Assembly: GCF_006345805.1 (NCBI RefSeq)
Contig: NC_042998.1
Coordinates: 177,444,001 to 177,508,000, forward strand
Length of the DNA stretch: 64,000 nucleotides
Origin: Octopus sinensis
Taxonomy: Eukaryota
Direction of reading: 5' to 3'
A program made the position numbers and the translations under genes. The notes beneath the pieces were generated by a model that was not told the origin of the DNA, did not search any database, and worked only from the letters and a program-made list of their open reading frames with translations. Shown here one piece after another: positions 23,750-37,100 of the stretch (position 1 is its first letter; every line of letters begins with the position of its first letter).

Positions 23750-25800
23750 CACTTAGCTTGAAGTGTCTTCTCAAGCACAGCAAATTGTCCGAAGTCTCAG
23801 TCACTTCTTATCTCTTCTGTGAGGCTCAACATTTAAAGATCATTTTCACCATTTTGTCCAGTGTCTTCCTGGGCCTACCTTTCCCACAGTTTCTCTCCAC
23901 AGAGATGAGCACTTCTTTATGCAGCTGTCCTCATCCAAACACATCACATGACCATACCAGCACAGTCTTCTCTCTTGCATACTACATTTGATGCCTCTTA
24001 CACCCAATTTTCTCTTGAAACACTTACACTCCATTATACATGCACACTGACATTGCACATCCAGCAAAGCATGCTGGCTTCATTTCTTTTCAGCCTTTGA
24101 ATGTCCTCTTCAGTTACAGCTCATGTTTCACTGCCATTTAGCATGGCTGTTTGTACACAGGCATCACACAAACTACCTTTCACTCTGAGGGAGAGGCCTT
24201 TTGTTACCAACAAAAGTAATAGTTCTCTGAACTTTGCCCAGCCCATTCTTAGTCTAGCAACTACTCTCAGATTATCCACCTCCACTGCTAAATTGGTTGC
24301 CTAAGTAACAAAATATATCTACTAATTCTAAGGACACTTGAGCAAGTCTATTTTCTGTACATACTTAGTTCATTGTACTTACTCATCTGTCATGCACAAA
24401 GCCTACAGCCTCGTCTTACATCCTTCTGGGGGTCAATAAAAAAAAGTACCAGCTAAACACTGGGGTCAATGCAATCAGCTTACCCCCTCCCCTGAACTTG
24501 CTGGTCATGTGCCAAAATTTGAAATCAATATTTTATATTCTTCTGTGCCAAGTAAAGAATAATGGTCTAATTGTCCCCAACTTCATTAGCAACTGTCATG
24601 TGGAACTCTAATAAAGGCCTTCTCTAAGTCAACAGGTATGTAGTTATAGCGGTTTACTTCTAGCTGAATACTTCACTTGCAGTTGTCTCATTAAGAAAAG
24701 TGTATCAATGGTCCCCTTTCTGGTAATGCATCGCATCTAAACCAATTCTTTTCCTAATCAGTAGTGTTATTCAGTAACTTGTCTAATCTGGTCCATCAAC
24801 TTGATGTCTTTGTAATTTCCTTTATCCTTTGCTTTTGTAACAACTGATGATACTATACTACCCCAGCCATTGGATATAACTACTTCCTTTATTGCCTGGT
24901 TGACTATGCAGATAACTATTAAGTGCCTTCTTTACCAGACATTTTAATTATCTTACCCACTATTCATGATGAACTAGTAAGCCTTCCTAGCCTTTATATT
25001 CTTAATTGCTTTATGAACCTATTTCTTTACTACCCACAAGGGGCTAAACACAGACAGAAGAAATAAGGACAGACAAACATATTAAGTCGATTACATCGAC
25101 CCCAGTGCGTAACTGGTACTTAATTTATCGACCCCGAAAGGATGAAAGGCAAAGTCGACCTCGGCGGAATTTGAACTCAGAACGTATTGGCAGACGAAAT
25201 ACGGCTACGCATTTCGCCCGGCGTGCTAACGATTCTGCCAGTTCGCTGCCTTTTTAATTGCTTTATGAACCATGCTACTGTCCACTTGTATAGCTGTCCC
25301 TCTTTGTCCTCTGCATCTTCCACATTGAACATAATAGCACTTCCATGCCTCTTTTCTTTTTAGCAATAGAAAGAGCAAGTGAACTGCTATTATTCTTTAT
25401 CTACCTCTTCCTGATTTTCTGTAGCACACTGTCTTGCAATCTGGAATACCTCACACTTCTGATCCACACATCACAAAACACACATAAGCTTTTTACTCTG
25501 TTTCTCCTCTACCTGGTATTGCTCTCAGATGTCTTCTTCTTATTTCAGTCTTTTCAAGTTTGTCTCTTCACACCAATAAATATCTACTTTGCTGTTCCAG
25601 CACCATTATACCTTCAGTCTAGTTGGGGGCCTCCTACTAACCACATTTTTGCTCGGTAGCCCTTCACAGGATATTTTATACAAACTATTTCTTACTTTCT
25701 GTCATAGGCAGTGACTAGAGCTTATTTGAATCTTCAACCAACCAAAGCCCCTTTTAACTTTCTATCTCCAAATTACCCTTTACTTCTGTGACCAAATAAG
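23750..25800 (-). mobile_element. Highly degenerate RTE LINE, interrupted by SINEs
   Basis: Minus strand gives MQERRLCWYGHVM (as at 1350-1538) and a VDLEKAF-like RT motif near 24630; boundaries approximate. Confidence 0.65.
25022..25250 (-). mobile_element. SINE family B, full length
   Basis: Well-preserved copy of the family also at 13470, 30985 and 58845. Confidence 0.85.
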
Positions 25801-28800
25801 CTATTATAGCTACATTTGCACTGAAGCAACTTCATAAAAATACTTATTTTTAAATTTCTCAACAAGTCAAAGAATACAATCCAAAAAAATTTCCTTTCTT
25901 GCTTGTAAAATTAAAACTTCTTATATGAGGGGAAAAAGTCAGCAAGTCTCTCTGGCGTAGTGGTATCACAGTTGTCCAGTTTATTGAAGATGTGTGGCTC
26001 AATTCTCACTTTACTAAGGATGACTTTACTAAAGTTACCTTCAATAAAAAGGTGACTGACTACTTTTTACTGTTTAAGGGATTCCTATTTGGTCTGTAAC
26101 AATCTACTAGGGCTACATTTCTATTTAGAGAACTTCATAAAAAGGTTCATTTTCGATTTTATCTATAAATCAGAAATACAACCTAAAACAAACAATTATA
26201 TATATGTGTATATTTTGTTTCTGCAATTGAGTAATTGATCAGATAATTAATTGGTTTCATTGACAAATAATAATGAAGTGAAGTAGAATCGGTGCATATG
26301 TTTCTTATTGGCAAAATGATGTTCCCAAGATACAACATACATACATACATATATTCAAAATAAATCAGTGAAGGAAATTGAACAACATACATACTTAAAT
26401 GTCCCTGAAACCAAGAATGCCAAAAAATTGGTGGGGAACCTGTACATATACACACACACGTTTGTGCATTATATAACAGGTCATTTTCTTTCTATCTTTC
26501 AACAAAGTTTGTAATTTCAGGGTCCTTGCTTCATATAATCTATGCCTATACTCAGTAAACTAGTTGACATTATGAAGGGCATCCAGCTGTAGGGGCATGA
26601 TGCAGTCCTCCTCCACATTAGATCCTGTTAAACTCTCCACCCATGCCAGCATAGAAACTAGATGGTAAACAAAGATGATGTTAATGTAGTGGTAGTGTAA
26701 GTGAATAGCTTTTAGCTGGTAATTAAAACCTGGTGAATGCTTAAACCAAGATTTTGTCTTAAAGCATTCACTACAAAACTTTATTTTCTTTTTGTTTAAA
26801 CAGAAATAGTCAGAGAGATGGGGGGGGGGGACAGAAAGCAGAGAAGATACAAAATGACAATTTATATTTGTACAGATTAATTTAATTACACATCAATAAT
26901 TTCATAATGAAATTGAAATATAAAGAAATATTGTATACAAAACTTACAGAATGAACAGAAGAAATATATTCTGTAAATAAAAGCTGAATAATTGAGTTTT
27001 TTGTTGTTGTTTTTTTGTTTTGTATTTCGCCTTTTGCATACATTTTGTTTACACTTGAAGCCTGAGATTTTTTTGAAAAGAAATGGAAATCCAAACATCC
27101 ATGACTTTCCAAATAGCATTAAAAATTAAATATCCATTTTTAAATAAAAAGGTGAAAAACTTCAACTGAGAATGAAAATTGTTTGTAGACACAATGACAA
27201 AAACTTAGTTCTGCCCTGGAGCAGAAGGGAATGGTTCGAAAACAGCAATTAAAAAAAAAAAAATGCTGAAATTAAGTAAAAAGTTATAATGTTAAAATAA
27301 TTTAGGCACATGACCACAACCATTAGGGTAGGGAGCAGTCAAAATAGATCCTGATACTTTAGTAGAACTTTATTTTAGCAACCCTAGGATAAAGACAAAG
27401 TTGACTTTGATGACATTTTGAACTCAGAATGTAAAGGGATGTAACTAGACACCCATAAGGTGTTTTATAAGATGCTCCAACAGATTTGCCAATCTACTGC
27501 CCCTTTCTATCATAGAAACAAATCTTCGATTTTTTTTTTGTCTTTCTTTTTTGGAGTGAGTGTTATACAATTAACCCCCTGATCCAGGTACTTATTTTAT
27601 CAACTATGGAAGGATGAATGGTGGTGAAATTGATTTTGGCAGGATTCAAAATCAGAATATAATAATAATAATAATAATCCTTTCAAGTGTAGAAACAAGG
27701 CCAGCAATTTTAGGGAAGTGAGCGTAAGTTGATTTCATCAACCCCAGTATTCTACTGGTGCTTTATTTCAATAGGGTGAAAGGCAAAGTTGACCTCAGGA
27801 AAATCTGAACTCAGACTTCAATGGGTTGGAAGAAATGCTAAGCATTTTGTCTGACATGCTAACAACTCTGCCAACTTGCCACCAAAATAGTAATAATAAT
27901 TTCAAATTTTGGCACTGAGGGGAGGGGACAAGTCAATTATATAAACTCCAGTACTTAACTGGTACTTCATTTTATCAACCCCAGTACTTGACTGGTTCTT
28001 TATTTTATCAACTCTAAAAGGATGAAAGGCAACGTTGACCTCAATGGAATTTGAACTCAGAATGTAACGAGTCAAGAAATACCACAATGCATTTTTTCCG
28101 AAGCTATAACAATTCTGCCAGCTTGCTGCCTTAATAATAATAATGAAAATTTTTGACTTGATGCAAAGGCCTTATACTTTAGGGGAAAGATGATGTTACC
28201 GATATTCATGTCTTGTCTGAAGAAATAAATTAACCATGATAGAGTACAAAAAACATTTCAGACTTTAATCATAGATTATAAAAAAATATACATATCTATT
28301 GATTTTCTCTCTCTCTCTCTTCCCCCAACACCAATCAATTCAAGAAATATTGGAAAGGGCAAGGAAAAAGTGATAAGTGAATTAGATTGTTTTATCTCAT
28401 GATTTGTAACAAAATACAGACAATCTGAAAATTAATTTCTTTAGAGAATAAAATTTTGACTTAAAATGATTTCTCATGTGGAAGGAAATAAAGTTGCATG
28501 GCATTTATGCCTTTCTCAAGAGCATTACTAGTCTAAGTGAATTAAACAGTTTTCAGTGAGAAATTGAAACTGGTTTGCTGGGAACTTCTTATGCTATGGT
28601 GCTCATCAAGATTTTACATAAGCACCAAATCCCAGATTTAGGAAAGAGGAAATATACTGCTAATCCCCATTCCTCAAGGTCTTAACATCATAAGTGAACA
28701 AATGTATTTCACAGGGAATCAAAATTGAGTAATGGATTTGATTTGCTTGCTTCAGTTCTTTGACTCATCAGTTAAGATATCAATTTCTTCAACAAGGCAC

Positions 28801-29713
28801 AATGCCAATTTTTGTAGAAGGGAGACATAGTCAATAAATCTACCACAATATGGAATGTAAGATATAGATTCATTCTGGTAAAAGAGGAATTCAAAATGCA
28901 GTGTTAAGACTATAAAAGTCTGGTTTTGTAAATTTTATATTGTCGTTCGAAGTGAAATGCTTAAGCTATATTTCATACTAAGGGTTTGAGAAAAGAAAGT
29001 GTCATATCAACCACATCAACATTTACAAACAGGTGAAAATTGTCCTGAATAAAATGTTACTAACATGATTAAAAAGGCTCTACAAATATGTCGATAGGAA
29101 TGCTTACCTCTCAGGAATTATTGTTGACTTATGATTCCTACCATTTCAACTATAAAGTCCTTCAAAACACTTTCTCCCTGAAAACATGCACCGGACAATT
29201 CGTTAATGTAAAGGTGCAAAATTCACCATCTACATGGGTTAATAATAGTACTGTGTGGTTTCACAAACATCAATGAGGGACCCTACTTTAAGATATCAGT
29301 TTCAATAAATACCCAATCTTTGTAGTTAAAAATCATCTGAAAGTGTAGATATGCTGCTCAATGTATAGGCCGCAAATCCATTGCTTCTGTATAATCAGTT
29401 AAACTATTCGATGATGCAGCCATACACCTGCTTTACACTTTCTACTATTCTTGTTTATATGCTTTAAGTCCCCAAAAGTCTTAGGATAAGATAACTACAG
29501 CTAGAAAAAAATGATGAAATTCTTTATTAAATCAACTATTTCTGAGTAAATCTACTCAAATAGTGGTTGCCATAGAAACCCAGCAACATGCCTGCTAAAT
29601 GATTGTAAGTCACAATTGTTTTGTTTTTTTTAATTTTATTATTTTTTACAGAAACATCAGAATTTGTCCAAGGGCTGAAAATCACAGTCAGGATAAAAAA
29701 TCTCTGTTCACAT

Positions 29714-30407
29714 CAGCTGTTTTGGATCTTTACCTTTTGACTGTCAGATTTAAAAAATAATTTTTTGTAACTAAACATTTTCAAACTTCAGACACTGGTA
29801 GAATGTGTCATATAAAACATCTTTTACTCTTAGAGTTTTTGAGAAAAGCTTATATTTAGGAAGTTATTTCACGTTAAAGTTGTCGGATTTCGGTAATTTC
29901 AACCAATCAATGAAAGTCTATTCAGCTGAATAAAATTACTGCCGTTGTTTGTCAACAACAACTATTGGCAGTGTATTTTTCGTTTGTCACTGTTATTTAT
30001 GACCTCATTCGTGTGTTTGTACTGGTTTTAGCTTTAAGGTGTTTGGGTTAGGGTTCTAGGGTTAAGGCTTTAGGGTTAGGGTGATAGGATTAGGGTTAAG
30101 TAAGGTTTTAAGGTTAGGGTTTAGGGATAGGGTTGTCATAAATAACAGTGACAAACAAAATATACACTGCCGGAAGTTCCTGTTGACAAACAACAGCAGT
30201 AATTTTATTCAGGTCATTGATTGGTTGAAATTACTGAAATACTACAACTTTAACGTGAAATAACTTCCTAAATATAAGCTTTTCTCAAAAACGCTAAGAG
30301 TAAAAGATGTTTTATATGACACATTCTATCAGTGTCCAAAGTTTGAAAGTGTTTAGTTAAAAAAAAAAAGTTTTAAATTCAGTCAGTCAAAAGGTAAAGA
30401 TCCGCTG
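29714..30407. mobile_element. MITE-like fold-back with ~275-bp inverted arms and a central degenerate (TTAGGG)n tract
   Basis: 29724-30003 is the reverse complement of 30135-30403; centre 30046-30134 reads gggttagggtt...; no TSD recognised. Confidence 0.8.
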
Positions 30408-30984
30408 TTTTTAATTGGAACATTTATATACACACACACACACACAGAAATGTGTTATAAAAAAGACAACCATAAAGTAAAGAGTGTTATGAAATGAATA
30501 TCTTATGTTCATTAACCCTTTAGCATTTAAACTAGCCTTTCTAGTCTAAATATTTAACCTATTTTACATTCAAACTAACCAGATCCAACTTCTCACACCC
30601 ATCCTACAATGTCATTCTAAGAATAAACAATCACATCAATGAAATCTTGAAACTACAAGATAATGCATGATTAATTCAAAGCAATGTGATTAAATAAACA
30701 CTACATTTGACAGAATAATCTGGATTATAAAGGATTAAACAATTATTCTATGTCTATAAACGGTGCAGGAAATATGAAATGGATAAAAGTGAAATGCTAA
30801 CATGCCTTGATTATATATGTAAAGATATACACTTGTATAATGTGGTTTATTGCATTTACGTAAAGATATGTGAATTTGTTTTTAAAGGAAAAATTATAGT
30901 GTTTTTGATCATTTGATTTCAATAACAGAAAATGGACATTGATGGTTGAATTTTGCTGATGATGACCTCAACTGTGAAGATATA

Positions 30985-31196
30985 TATTTCTTTACTGCCC
31001 ACAAGGGGCTAAACACAGAGGGGACAAACAAGGACAGACAAACAGATCAAGTCGATTACATCGACCCCAGTGTGTAACTGGTACTTAATTTATCGACCCT
31101 GAAAGGATGAAAGGCAAAGTTGACCTCGGCGGAATTTGAACTCAGAATGTAACGACAGATGAAATACGCATTTCGCCCAGCGTGCTAACGGTTCTA
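30985..31196 (-). mobile_element. SINE family B
   Basis: Matches 25022-25250. Confidence 0.8.
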
Positions 31197-31706
31197 TAAA
31201 ACAAAAATCCACACTGGTCTGGTGTCTGGAATGGAAGCTGGCCTCTTTATATAACAACAGAGACAAATTTCTAAATAACAGAATACAAAAGAGTAAATCT
31301 TAAACATTCTTCCAGACTGATTCCTTTTGACTTGGCTTGAAATAAATTTATGTAAGGGATGAATTTTGACAATTACTGGTATTTGACTAGGTGAAAAATA
31401 AAAAAATAGCAAATTAGCTGCAATTGTGCAGACATGAATATTATAGAGAGGACTAACCAGTCTGTTCGAATATGTATGAAACAGCACAGTACAATAGACA
31501 TGTATGTTTCTAGGAGACATGCTTGAATAATTCTTCTTCCATGACTAACTATGACAAGTTTTTATGCATCTATAGACAATATCAAAATTTCTGAAAATAG
31601 AATTCAAAATAGGCCACATAAAATTCAGACAGAAAACTATTTTAAATTAAAAAAAAAATAAATAAAAATGACAAGTACTTATTTGAATATTTTTATCAAC
31701 AATTAA

Positions 31707-31748
<42 letters not shown>

Positions 31749-31889
31749 TAGCATGGAGAACGGACGTTAAACGATGATGATGATGATGATGAACGGGAAG
31801 GTTTACGAAAATAAACAAAAGACGAAGGCAGGTGGAGTACAAACAAACGAATGTATTAGTATGGCGCTCAGGAATAGAAATAGAACAAG

Positions 31890-31927
31890 TCTTTTACGTT
31901 TCGAGCCTACGCTCTTCGACAGAAAGA
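31890..31927 (-). ncRNA. Minimal hammerhead-like motif with variant core (CTGTCGA) in a Penelope-type terminal remnant
   Basis: Minus strand reads TCTTT-CTGTCGA-A-GAGC-GTAG-GCTC-GAAAC-GTA-AAAGA; stems I and II perfect; stem III is the ACGT palindrome. Confidence 0.5.
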
Positions 31928-31982
31928 TACACAGAAAAAAACAAGGAGAGAAAAAAATGCGTGTAGGAGCTAATGATCTATC

Positions 31983-32018
<36 letters not shown>

Positions 32019-33789
32019 GTATAGACAAACAGACAGATAGATAGAATGATAGATAGACGCTTAAGGTAACATTATTTAATCCAATTTCAAACCACTTAAG
32101 AAAATAATTTGACTACCCAATAGAAAAAAAGTTGATTTCTTGTGATTCAATACAAAGACTGTGAACTCGGTGAGGGTAAATGAGAAAATGAATTACTCTG
32201 GCTGTTCTAATGGGAAATGGCAACATAAAGATGTAAAATGGCTTTCAGGATCAAAACTAGATCACAGTTTTGGTTCACCAGTAGTTCTACAGCACACACA
32301 ATAAAATGGTAAACATTTTACAGTAAAAATCATGAAATATGTTTTGTTAAAATGGCAAAATACTTCACAAATCTGACAAATACATTCAAGATAGGTAGAA
32401 AAGTCATTGAAGAGTTAATGTGCCACATGTTGAAGCAAAGTGGGAAATATTTATTTAAGAAATAAAAGAAGTTAATTTATTATATACAGCTTCTTTCAGG
32501 AAGTCATCAAGTTTCAAAATATGAAAAAAAAAAAAAAATCAATAATTTAAAAAAAGGTGAAAAATAAATCACTTGAGAATTTATACAAAACAAGATTTAA
32601 AAAATAATTCTTTTCACATGGTCAATATCTTCAGGAAGTGTTAAATATTTTGGTAGTCATAAGTAATGGAAAAAGAGAAAAAAACATAATGATTAGAGTA
32701 TGGCAGATATGTTTAGAAAGAATACAAAATAAATTATTCTGAAGGCTTGGGGAGAGATCACATACACAAGTATATATATATATATGTATATATATTATTC
32801 TAAACAAGACAATATATGTATCACAGAAGGTACTTTAAGGAGATGCCAAAATAAGAGAATTGTTATTGCATATAAAAACTAGGATAGATAAAAAGACCAT
32901 CACCCAAGAGGATGAAATTAAACAAGCTTTATTTTGGAACCCATCAGCATGAGTGTTTCAGGGTGGGTAACCAAGGTGAAGGAATGCTTACATAATTGGA
33001 TTATAGCACAGGGGAAAAACTGAAATTTGACACATTGAAGAGTATTGCTTCCATTGTCATAATATTTAAGCGTTTATTAAGTTTTGTATTTTAAAAAATT
33101 AGTTGCCTTTATTTACATTGTAGGACATATCTGTATATCTCCATTTGACTTTTATTCAACTGAAATTTTTTAAGTTATCTCCCTTGCTCATTTTTTTTTG
33201 AGTAATTTTCATAAACGCCAATGAATTTTCCTGTATTAGTTATAATTTTAATGGGTTAAATTTTTTTATTTTTTTATTCTCGACATCTTACGAAGTTTGG
33301 AAACTTCTAAGGGAATGTGAGTGAATTCTTTTTTGGAATATCTCAAAGCACACACACAAAGGTATAACTGATAACGGGGAAGTATTAGGTTGAAAAATCT
33401 TTTGGGGTTAAAAAAACAAAGGCTGCCCATGAGGCAAAAAAAGAATTTTTTTTGGTTCACTCCATTAAGTATGGAAGTTTCTACAGCACTAAACATTTGT
33501 ATTTTTTTTTTCTTTGTAGAAAGGATTTATAAAATAATTAAAATTATTAAATACAATTCTATTTTTAATTATGTATCATCAGTAAGAACTCAAGAGAAAA
33601 AGATTAATTTCCAACTCTACAATCATATACATCCACTTTTCCAACTAGCATGGGTTAGATGAGGGCATTAAGTTTCAGCCCAGCATCTCCTCACTTGCCC
33701 CAGTCCTTTGTTATTTTTCTGAAGGTCGTAATCCTAATATCAGTTCACCTCTCATTTTTTTAAACATATACGCTGCTGCTGCGCTGTGC

Positions 33790-34143
33790 TAACCTTGGAT
33801 CGTAGAGTGACCCATTGTGCTTGAGGAGACCTATTGAGTCAAGTATGTCAACACCAACATCAAAATAAAAATCAAATGGAAATTGTAGTTACGATACCCG
33901 TGCCAGTGGCATGTAAAAAGCACCAACCGATCGTAGCCATTTGCCAGCTTCCTCTGGTCCCTGTGCCAGTGGCACGTAAAAAGCACCCACTATACACTCA
34001 CGGAGTGGTTGGCGTTAGGAAGGGCATCCAGCTGCCAGATCAGACTGGAAACTAGCGCAGTATCCTGGCTTCGCAGACCCTGGTCAAACCATCCAACCCA
34101 TGCTAACATGGAAAATGGACGTTAAACAATGATGATGATGATG
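33790..34143 (+). mobile_element. SINE family C with (GAT)n tail
   Basis: Matches 1690-2050. Confidence 0.8.
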
Positions 34144-37100
34144 ATACATACACATATACATACATGGATTGTAAGATCACATTATTTTAGCTACTCTGTC
34201 TTTAGATCTCTTCCAAATAAAATATCCAAATTAACGTTTCTGTAGAAGAGACCATTAAATCCACTTAGAAACCTCAAAACAAACTTAAAATCACTTAATT
34301 GTATGATGAAAAAATTTCAAATCTAATGCTGGCTCAAGTAGCAAGGTCATTGGTTGTGCATCATTAGATTCAAGTTGTACAAAGTATTACACACAAACAC
34401 AAAGGTCCAAATTTTTCTAGCAAGATGCAATGTTCTTCTTTTTCAGCACAATAATAATAAATCCTTAGTAAAAATTGATACAAAGAATAAATTCTAGAAT
34501 AAGAATTGAAAAAAAAAAAAGAAAGAAAAAAATTTTCTCAAGCCAAAATTAAGATATTGCAATCTATTTCTATTTTAATAAATATTCTAAGTGAAAAAAA
34601 GTGTTGCAAATTAATGGTGGAGAGAACTTGAAAGAGATGTGTCTAACACATAAGATAACATTGGACTGAGATTAATGGGAAAATGCTAGGATTACAGGAC
34701 AGCATATCAGCTGAGAAAAATAGGTGTTAAAAAAGACAATTACAGGATGTAGCCAAAAATAGAAGCAAGTGAGTGAATAAGAAAGTAAATGTTAATAAAA
34801 GCCAAAATGAAAACTATATACTATTTCAGACATGTTGCTGAATAAACTAAACCTGATTATTTTATTAAAATATAAATATGCTTTCAATATAAAGGTCATC
34901 TTTGGTGGTTCCATCTCAGACCATTTGTCTGTGGAATGGCCGGTTTCTTTCCATGGTAAAAATAAATAAATAAATATAATAAAGCAAACCAGTTTGGTAT
35001 TTTTAAAATTAAAATCTTTCTGAAACTGATAAATGCATAAATTAGTCATTGTTTCGTGAACACAAGTAAGATCGTTGTTTTGCTGGGAAGAATAAATGGT
35101 TCATACAGCAAGACATTTTAGCAATAAAGATTTGTAAATTTCTGACTTTAAAAGGAGAAATTAATCAATACTTTTTTAACAAAACACAAATTCACATACA
35201 TGATGTACATGGTCGACATCTATCTAATGATATGGCCTCAGAATTTTTGTTTGGTATAAAATTGATAAATTGTTCAAAAGTGTTAATTCTGTGATTAAAA
35301 TTCCAATTTGAGCTACTTTAGTTCTGTGAAGAAGAGTCCTGCCACAAGATATTAGAATTTTATTCTCATGATAGACTAACATCATTGTACTTTTAATCTT
35401 TATTTCTTTACATCATTACATCCAGTCAATGAATATTTCACACCAGATAATAAAATATTAGACAGAAATTAAAAGAATTCTTTTATGAAGGAATTGGACA
35501 AATTCTTGGAAATAATCCCAAATCAACATATTAAGTGTTGAATTGACAAAAGATACAACTGAAAAAGAATGCTTTTATGAACTTGATTATAGTATTAGTA
35601 ACTATAACTGCCTTGATGTTACTAGACAAAATGGGCCTATAAAAATCATAGGTGTCACTGTCCCACTGAAAAAAATTTCTTTAAAAAAATGAAATTGGAA
35701 TTATGAAGGATTAGATCAATGGCTCTCAAGGGGTTTTTTTTCTTTTACAATTTTCAACACAATTTAAAGCAAATAAAAATACTTTGTCACATTTTGTGCA
35801 CAAAATCAAAAGAAAATTTTTGTATGCTTAGTTGTAAATAATTTAAACATTAGAAAACTGTCCGAATTATAGTGATATATTTGTAATAGTTTATGCCATA
35901 TGAATTTAGATAATTTGAGACTCAAAATAATTAATTTCTAACAGTGAAACTTGTAAACAAAGCTATAAATTTTGGCACAAGGCCAGTAATTTGGAGGAGG
36001 GGATAAGTCAATTACATTGACCCCATTGTTCAACTGGTACTTATTTCATCAACCTCAATAAGATAGAAGGCTTAGTCGACCTTGGTGGCATTTGAACTCA
36101 GAACATTAAGATGAAGGAAATGCTACAAAGCATTTTGTCCGACATGCTAACAATTCTGCCAGCTGATCACCTTGTTGCCAAATCTTGATGCAAGGCCAGC
36201 AAATTCGTGGGAATGGGTATGTCAGTTATATCGACCCCAGAGCTCAATTATTTTATTTACCCTGAAAGGATGAAAGGCAATTTGAACTCAGAACGTAAAG
36301 ACAGACAAAATACTGCTACTCATTTTGCCAGCTTGCTGCCTTAGAGAAAACTATAAATAATAACATTTTCTATCCAAAGGATTTTTTGAAACTCAATATT
36401 TATATTCTATTATTTATAGCTTTATCTACTTAAGGTTTCATCATTAAAAACAAATTATTTGTAATAATGTTTCCCCCTTGGTTATTATAGCCACTCCATA
36501 TCAAGCAGCCACCCTATGGACTTCAAGTGTCTGCTTATATTAAGTAACAGTCATTTTCACTTTTGTTTAATGGTGCTGTTTTTTATGGTAGGATGCCTTT
36601 CCTCTTGCCAACCATTACTAATTTCCAAATAAGGTATTTTTTCCTATTGAAACTGATGACATCACCAAATAATGGGACATGCTGTATACAAGGAATGTAA
36701 GCACCATTGTTTTGCTCTGTGTCACTCTGAAGTCACATTTGCTCATATACACAAAATGGACTCTTCTGTCAGATTCAGATTCCAACAGTTCAACAGACTG
36801 TTCTGTCCTAAACCATTAGACTTCTCACACACATTATTTATTTATTGTAATGAAGGTTTATGTAGGACCAACTGCACTCTTTGGAAAAACTAAAAGCAGA
36901 AGGATGGTCCAGAGTGTGACATGACCTCCCAGAATGGCACTAAGGTTTTATATCAGAGTTTCTCTTAGAGACATGCTTCAATGAGGGCTTAGCAGTGGCT
37001 AACTCCCAGTCGCCTTACAATGGGCCAAATACCAAGCTTGAATTTCTAACTTTCCTCACTTTGGTAATAAGGTCATTAATCCTAGACAGAATATATCTGT

